Source: the human T2T-CHM13v2.0 reference genome, Homo sapiens. Taken from it: DNA of 64,000 bases. Below, in pieces: positions 57,505-64,000 of this stretch (positions within the stretch are counted from its first letter, which is position 1; every line of letters begins with the position of its first letter). The position numbers were made by a program, and so were the translations under genes. The DNA is taken from NCBI RefSeq assembly GCF_009914755.1, contig NC_060938.1. The stretch is one strand, 5' to 3'. The notes beneath the pieces were generated by a model that saw only the letters and a list, made by a program, of their open reading frames with translations, was not told the origin of the DNA and did no database searches.

Positions 57505-60500
57505 CAGATATCTTTCAAGATCAAATCATACATGGACTGGCAAATCAATCTGCAAATGGGCAGACCCCCGGATTTGAGACAAAAGCATGTTCATCCAAAA
57601 GAGTATTAAGTGCCCGTAATCCTGACACGTTGCATTTCTGACCTTCACCTGAATGCTCATATTGTATCATTGAGATGGGAAAAAAACAGTACATGAGGAA
57701 TTGATGGCAAACTAGTCAAGCATGTCCCTGGCCGTGCCATTGGCTGCTGGAAACATAAATAAGGATATGCAACAAGAAAAAGGGCCTGGACCTCCCATCT
57801 GCTACTCCAGACCAGGGTGAAAACATTACAGAGATCCTGTTTGGTGGAGCTCCGGGTGGGCCTGAGATATCCCAAGCATTTATCTTTGGTAAGGGTTACC
57901 ACTTTTTACCCTTGAATTTGGCATATCCAGAACAGGATCTTCATGGTCAACTAGAACCTGCAGAGCAATGCTTCCCAGAATTTCCCCTGAAGTGCTAGTA
58001 ACCACAGAGGAAGATGAACTAAAACACCTAAAGTAGTGCCCAATGAGCTTGGGCTTTCTCTGAAGCTTCTTTCACTTAACTAATATTTATAAAATAGCCG
58101 TGCATATGAGTGTTTTATATGCTATCTTTAAATTTCATTTGTGGTAATAATAATAATGGATCAATGTCAATTTCCCCTTTTTGGTGGCTGTACTGTGGTT
58201 ATGCACACGAGAGTACTTGTAATTAGGAAATAGTCACTGAAGTATTAAGGGGTAATGAGCATCATGTCTGTAACTTGTTCTGAAATAGCTCAGAAATGTT
58301 AATAATTGGGGAACTGGGTGAAGCATATAGGGGAGCTCTGTGTATGCTTTCTGAAACTTTTATATACGTTTTAAATTATTTCAAAGTGAAAATGCTAAAA
58401 AAATTTAATGTAACTCATTTGAATTTTTCTATCATACAAAGTTATTTTCTGTAAAAATAATGCCTTAAATTACTCCCCATCCCCTAAAAAGATGGTTTTA
58501 GTAAAATTGTAAAGAACACATTTATCTTGTGACTTTGTGTACCCTCTGCACACATCTGTGTTCCACCTGGGGTAGCAGTACACTGGCTCTAATGTTTTCC
58601 TTAACTTGCTCTTTGTGGATTTCTGTCTCTGACCAGTGTTTCTTTTCAAGAACTGGTTGAGGAAGATAGGGTAGTCATGGGGCTAGGGCATTGGAAAGGT
58701 CCTTTTCATGCTGAAAAATGAGAAAATAGACATAGAGCACTTGGAACAGTGACTGGAACATAGAAAAGCCTCAGTAAATGTTAACTATGATTGTTTTTAT
58801 CGTTATGACCCCTATCATTCCTAGCAGGGCTGAAGGCTGCACGCAGCCTTGTTGTGGTAAGTCAGAGGTCTCAGGAGGGCAGCCGGCCTATGAGGGGAAC
58901 TGGCGTATCCAGGGAGCCATATGCCTCAGCTCTGGTTGGGTTGAAGACTACATCCTCTCCCTCATGAAGATGAATCCAGGAGTGAGGAACAAAGGGAGAC
59001 AGTCCTCCCGCAGAGACAAGCTCATAGTGCAAATGGGCACCATAGGAAGGCCTCAAAGAACTACATAGAAAAGAAAAATGGACCTGGCAGGAGACAGGGT
59101 TAGCCACTGGAAACAGAGGAGGGCTTCCCAAAAGGAATGTGGCCACTGGATTCCATGTGATGGAGCTCTGCTTCTCAGAGCCATAAACCAGGGCCCAGAC
59201 CACAGGTCTGTCACCACCAGGAGGCTGTTTGAAGGTTGAAGCTTGAAAAACCCTATGGGGGTGGCACTTGTAGTTCAAAGACGACCCTCGTGGTACTGCT
59301 GTCCTTCAGGCCAGCAAACCAGGCAAACTTCTCTGGCACCCTCGCTCAGCCCTCCTGGGGTATCCTGAAAGAATGGGTCTTTGGGAGATAGTTGCTTATT
59401 CTCTGCTCCCCTTCTTTCAAGGCACCTTCAGAGTCTACTATTAGGCCTCTCCTTCATACTAGTAAGGTGCTGGCTACTTACTAGCACTTTGATGTTTTTT
59501 CTTGTGTCACACAAGTGTCAGAACCAGGGGGCATTTTAGACATTATTCAACTGAAACTCCTTGTGTTATAAATAGTAAGAAGACTGAGAGGATCAGAGTG
59601 ATGACTGAGTTCAATGCACGGTTACTGAGTGCTCCTGTGAGCTAGCCATGTGCCTGGCACTATGAAGACAGAGAAGCACGGAAGGACCTGATTCCTGTCC
59701 CACGAGTTTACCGTCTAGTTGGGAAGACTGGATGCTCTTACTGGATGAAAGAGTTAAATAGCAAAACAAGGTAGTACACGATTTAGAACCCAAATGAGTG
59801 ATACTATGAAACAGTTAATGCTAAAGGAGGTTAGGATTTGTACGGCAAGGTTCGTAAATGTGATCCTGAGCAAACTCATATGGTCAAGATGAGTTCTAAA
59901 GGATGGATAATATTTGAGGGAGGACTTGCAGGGAAGAGGGAAACAGAAGCAAAGCTGAAGAGAGCAAAACATGTGCTGGAGACAAAAGGAAAATCAGGTT
60001 ATTAGGATAGAATTTGGTTAGAATAGTTTGTGTTCGGAGGGAAGATAGGGAGGCCACTCATACGGAATGGGTAGACTGGACGCAAGGTGAGTAGGAGAAG
60101 GCTTTGATTCCAGGCTGGGAAGGCTGGATGTTACCTTGCAAGCAAGAGAACCACTGGAGATAAACAGATGATCTTTAGAGAAATGATGCAGGAAAAGGAA
60201 TATTTTAACAAGATCCATCCAACATTATTATACATGCTCAATTAAACTCAGGAGAAAGGGTAGGCAAGGAGGCAGTTAGAAGGTGGTGAGAGTCATCCAG
60301 ACAGGCAGTGGAAAGGGAGAGAAATACGTACAAGAGAACCAATAAGACTAAGTGACTCAAGTGCCCCTCCATACTTTGATCATGCTAAGTATTCAGTCTG
60401 TTAGCCTACTAATCGATATGGGGATGAAAGATTAGAAACAGTCAAAGGAGACCAGTATTTTCAACTGGAAGCGCCAAAAACAGAAACAGGGGCCTTACAA

Positions 60501-60633
60501 GGGGATAATCAGGTTTTGAGAAAAGTTGAATTCTCAGACAACAGAACTGGGTGCCTGATATAACTGGTAGGTAGTGAAGATTCATGTCACTGAAGGTATT
60601 CAAGCCCAAAAACCATCTGTTGGTAACGTTATT

Positions 60634-61252
60634 GCCAGGTGCATTGGCTCACACCTGTAATATCAGTACTTTGGGAGGCTGAGGCGAGTGGATCACTTGA
60701 GTCCAGGAGTTTGAGACCAGTGCTGGCAACGTGGCAAAACCCATCTCTACAAAAAATAGAAAAATTAGCCGCACTTTGGCCGGGCGCAGTGGCTGACACC
60801 TGTCATCCCAGCACTTGGGGAGGCCGAGGCAGGTGGCTCATGAGGTCAGGAGTTCGAGACCAGCCTGGCCAAGATGGTGAAACCCCAGCTCTACTAAAAA
60901 ATACAAAAATTAGCCAGGCGCGGCAGTGGGTGTCTGTAATCCCAGCTACTCAAGAGGCTGAGGCAGGAGAATCGCTTGAACCCAGGAGGCAGAGTTTGCA
61001 GTGAGCCGAGATCTCGCCACTGCAGTCTAGCCTGGGCGGCAGAGCAAGACTCCGTCTCAGAAAAAAAAAGAAAAGAAAAAGAAAAATTAGCCACACGTGG
61101 TGGTGCAGGCCTGTAGTCCCAGCTACTCAGGAGGCTGACGTAGGAGGACCACCTGATCCCAGGATGTAGAAACTACAGGGAGCCATGATCGTGCCACTGC
61201 ACTCCAGCCTGGGTGACAGAGCAAGACCCTGCCTTAAAAAAGAAAAAAAAAA
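60634..61252 (+). mobile_element. AluJ-like element with a younger Alu (60778-61085) nested in its A-rich linker
   Basis: Left arm, complete second Alu, then right arm; TSD gaaaaattagcc(g/a)cac. Confidence 0.88.
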
Positions 61253-61767
61253 TACACTTCTGATCAGAGCAAGAGCTAAGATTCAATGAACTCGGAAGTG
61301 CCTTCCTGCTTTGATATTCTATGAAACTGGGTCCATGTAAGCTAGTGAAGAGCCTTGCCCAAGGTCATGCAGCTAATTAGTGAAAGAGGTGGGACCAGAA
61401 TTCAGGGCTATTCATGTCTGGTTCAGTATTCTTACCACTAGACTATTTTAACTTTGATTGTAGTCTGAGTTGTACTCTCAGGGGTGACCAGAAACCCCAT
61501 ATAAAAACAAGATCAGTAAAAATTGGCTCTGAAATGAAACAAAGCTGCAGCACGGCCTGACACAGTGTACAGAGTGTAAATTTGAGGATCAGATCGAAGT
61601 GGCTCTGTCACTCACTCCTGTATGGCTGTGGGCAAGTTACTCAACTCCCACACACACAGACATTGTTTCCTTACCTACAAAATAAGCATAAATATTTCTA
61701 TCTCATGGGGATGCTGCAAGATAAGTAAGGAGATGTTTTTAGATAGATTGATCACAAAAGAGATAAT

Positions 61768-61795
<28 letters not shown>
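61768..61795. repeat. (AC)14 microsatellite
   Basis: Direct reading. Confidence 0.95.
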
Positions 61796-61798
<3 letters not shown>

Positions 61799-64000
61799 TG
61801 AGTTCAGTGTCAAGAACATAGTAGACATTAGAGATGGCATTCAGTCTTCTTCTCTTGTGATCTGGTGGGAACAGGCATTGACCAATCAGAGCCAAGACTG
61901 GCTCATCTCCATACCAGTGCACACAAGGTGACTCTTAGCCCACAAGAGGAGGAAATGTTTAGGCCAGCCCTGGGCTCCTGCTGCCATCCCCACTCTGTCA
62001 CTTCAAAGGCTGGCAGCTTGGGTCTGTAACTGTTAATGAATTATCAATAAACAGGAAAGCAGTGTGGCAAGGAAAGATAACATGAACTTTGGAGCCAAAC
62101 AGAACCGAATTTCAAATCCCGGCCCTGCCACTTACTAAATCTGTGGATCTTAACCTGCCAGAACCTTAGTTTCCTTTTCTGTAAAATTGGGATAATATTG
62201 TGGAACACACAATACAGTTTATATATAAAGTTGTACACAAAGCACAATGCTTTGGCTCGTGAAGCACCTTTTAAAATGAGGTTCTTTACTTTCCACCAAG
62301 AACCTAGAACTGTACCGAGCACATTTTAGATGCTAATTAAATGATGCTTGGTAGCATCTCTTTCCTCCTGCTGCTGCTGTACAGCCCTGTGCTGACCTGA
62401 ACCATAAGCAATGCGGTGTATGTTATCCTGGCTGCCTTTAGTAGGTAGTAAATAGTATACTCTATCCTACCATACTCCTAAGCATTTTACCACTCGCCAC
62501 ACTACTTTGAATATGTAAGATATATATTCCTCATTCAATATTGTTTCTGCAGAAATGTATCTGAAAAGATTTTTAAAGTTTTACTTTTGAAATTATTTGA
62601 CTGCAAGTAAGTTGTGACTGGCACTGTTCCTTCTGCATTCAAGGTTTCCAGGTACTTAGGAATTCCTACAAAATTAGAAAACTAACCAAAGATTGTTTTC
62701 CAATGTAGTGAGATTTTTATGTGTCCCAAATTTCAAAATAAGTGAAATCAACTTCATGCTACTTTAGTAGCAGGTAAGTAAATATTTTTTATTTGATTCT
62801 ATATTTGACTTTTCCTGTATTGGAGCCAATATATTTTTCCCAGTCTCAAATGTTGTAGGCCCTTAGAAACCTCCCAGATTCTAAGCACTGAGCCTCAAGT
62901 GCTTAATGGATAAAACAGCCCTGAGGCTGTGGCAGTGGGGAAAACTCATGATGAATGACTAGGATCAAAACACACAATCAAAGGAACCCCATTCCCAGGC
63001 CTCCCTGAGTGAGGCTGGCCAGCTGCATGGGCCAGTACCTACTTCAGGGAAAGCATGTTTGCAACGTATTTGGAATCAGAGCTTGCAAAGTCTCTGGTCA
63101 GTCATCTTGGTTGGCAGTAAACGTTTAGGCCAGCCCTGGGCTCCTGCTACCATCCCCACCCTCTCATTTCAAAGCTTGGCAGCTTGGGTCTGTAACCGTT
63201 AATGAATAATCACTTGGTAACCCTTCCATCCCAATGGGAGAGGCTCAGCTGAGGGCCTGCAAGAGAGAAATGACTTCCTGGGACAGGGTGGTGGGAGGGA
63301 GTAGTGCAGAGGGAGGGAAAGATTTGTTCCCTGCTGCCCAAGTCAACTGCTTTCTGGGTAATGTTTTCCTGGGTTCAAAAATCAATGTTTTGTTTGCTTT
63401 GTGGGGAGGAGTGCACGAAGGGATCCCTGCTGTGGAAAAGGTGAGTTCTACTGGCAAACAAGGCTCCTCCACCATGTTTGCCTGAGATGACAAACATCTC
63501 AGAATTTTTACATTCAGAAATGCAGATACTAGGAGCCTCGGCAAATTTTGCCATTTTGGAGAGCACTTTATCCCAAAGGTGGAGAAGTTACACAAATCCC
63601 AGAGGTTGAGAGACTGAGGGGAGTCCAACACACTATCGCCGACCTGAGAAACTGCAGTGCAGAGCCAGTTCCCCAACTGCAGTCATTTGCTTTAACCCTT
63701 GACAATTTTCACAATATCTGCTTACCACCCCTATTATTTTAATAATACGCTAAATATATATTTACTCATTTATTTTAAATAATTCTTTTACAATGAAACT
63801 GAGTAATGCCATCTTTCAAAGAATACTAGTGTTACTTTGTAAACAGAAGTAAAAATAAATGTAATGAATATCATCTAACTTTTAAAAATTCTATCCAGAT
63901 ATTGTTTTCAGCTGAAAACTCAGCCTGAGGCCTGTTGTCGTTATTGAAAAGGAGGAGAAACAAACACGGGAAAGTGTAAAAGAATTCACCTTCTTGCTCT

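Noticed and set aside
58778-59068. ORF with CCGKSEVSGGQPAYEGNW...GWV, faintly like a trypsin N-terminus (IVGG...GxWPW)
   Set aside because: Spacing is wrong and I found no TAAHC, DIAL or GDSGG nearby; probably chance. A tblastn or HMM search would settle it.
51000-64000. An RNASE8 exon or RNase pseudogene downstream of RNASE7
   Set aside because: No CKxxNTF or PVH-type sequence found by eye; RNASE8 is expected beyond the window end

Overview
This is human (or very close primate) genomic DNA, recognisable from its translated exons as the chr14q11.2 cluster. In order it holds: the 3' part of METTL17 (+, 10 coding exons, one GC-AG intron), SLC39A2/ZIP2 (+), a two-LTR non-coding ERV1 provirus of PABL_A type (10458-17719, 4-bp TSD, tRNA-Arg PBS), NDRG2 (-, 15 coding exons, CpG-island promoter, MIR6717), TPPP2 (+), RNASE13 (-) and RNASE7 (+), among many Alu/L2/MIR/MER/MaLR repeats. 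The most unusual feature is a 190-nt insertion present only in the provirus 5' LTR. It carries a perfect 40-nt copy of the SLC39A2 intron 3/exon 4 splice acceptor, followed by an in-frame ORF and the LTR polyA signal, so it is a candidate alternative last exon for ZIP2. It is one of at least four short locally templated duplications in the window (40-152 bp, direct or inverted). Other points: a 148-bp identical tract between otherwise ~8% diverged LTRs (gene conversion candidate), an unidentified retrocopy inside a solo LTR, and MEF2/TATA composite sites at two candidate NDRG2 start exons. All coordinates were counted by eye, repeat family names are from memory, and no database search was run.
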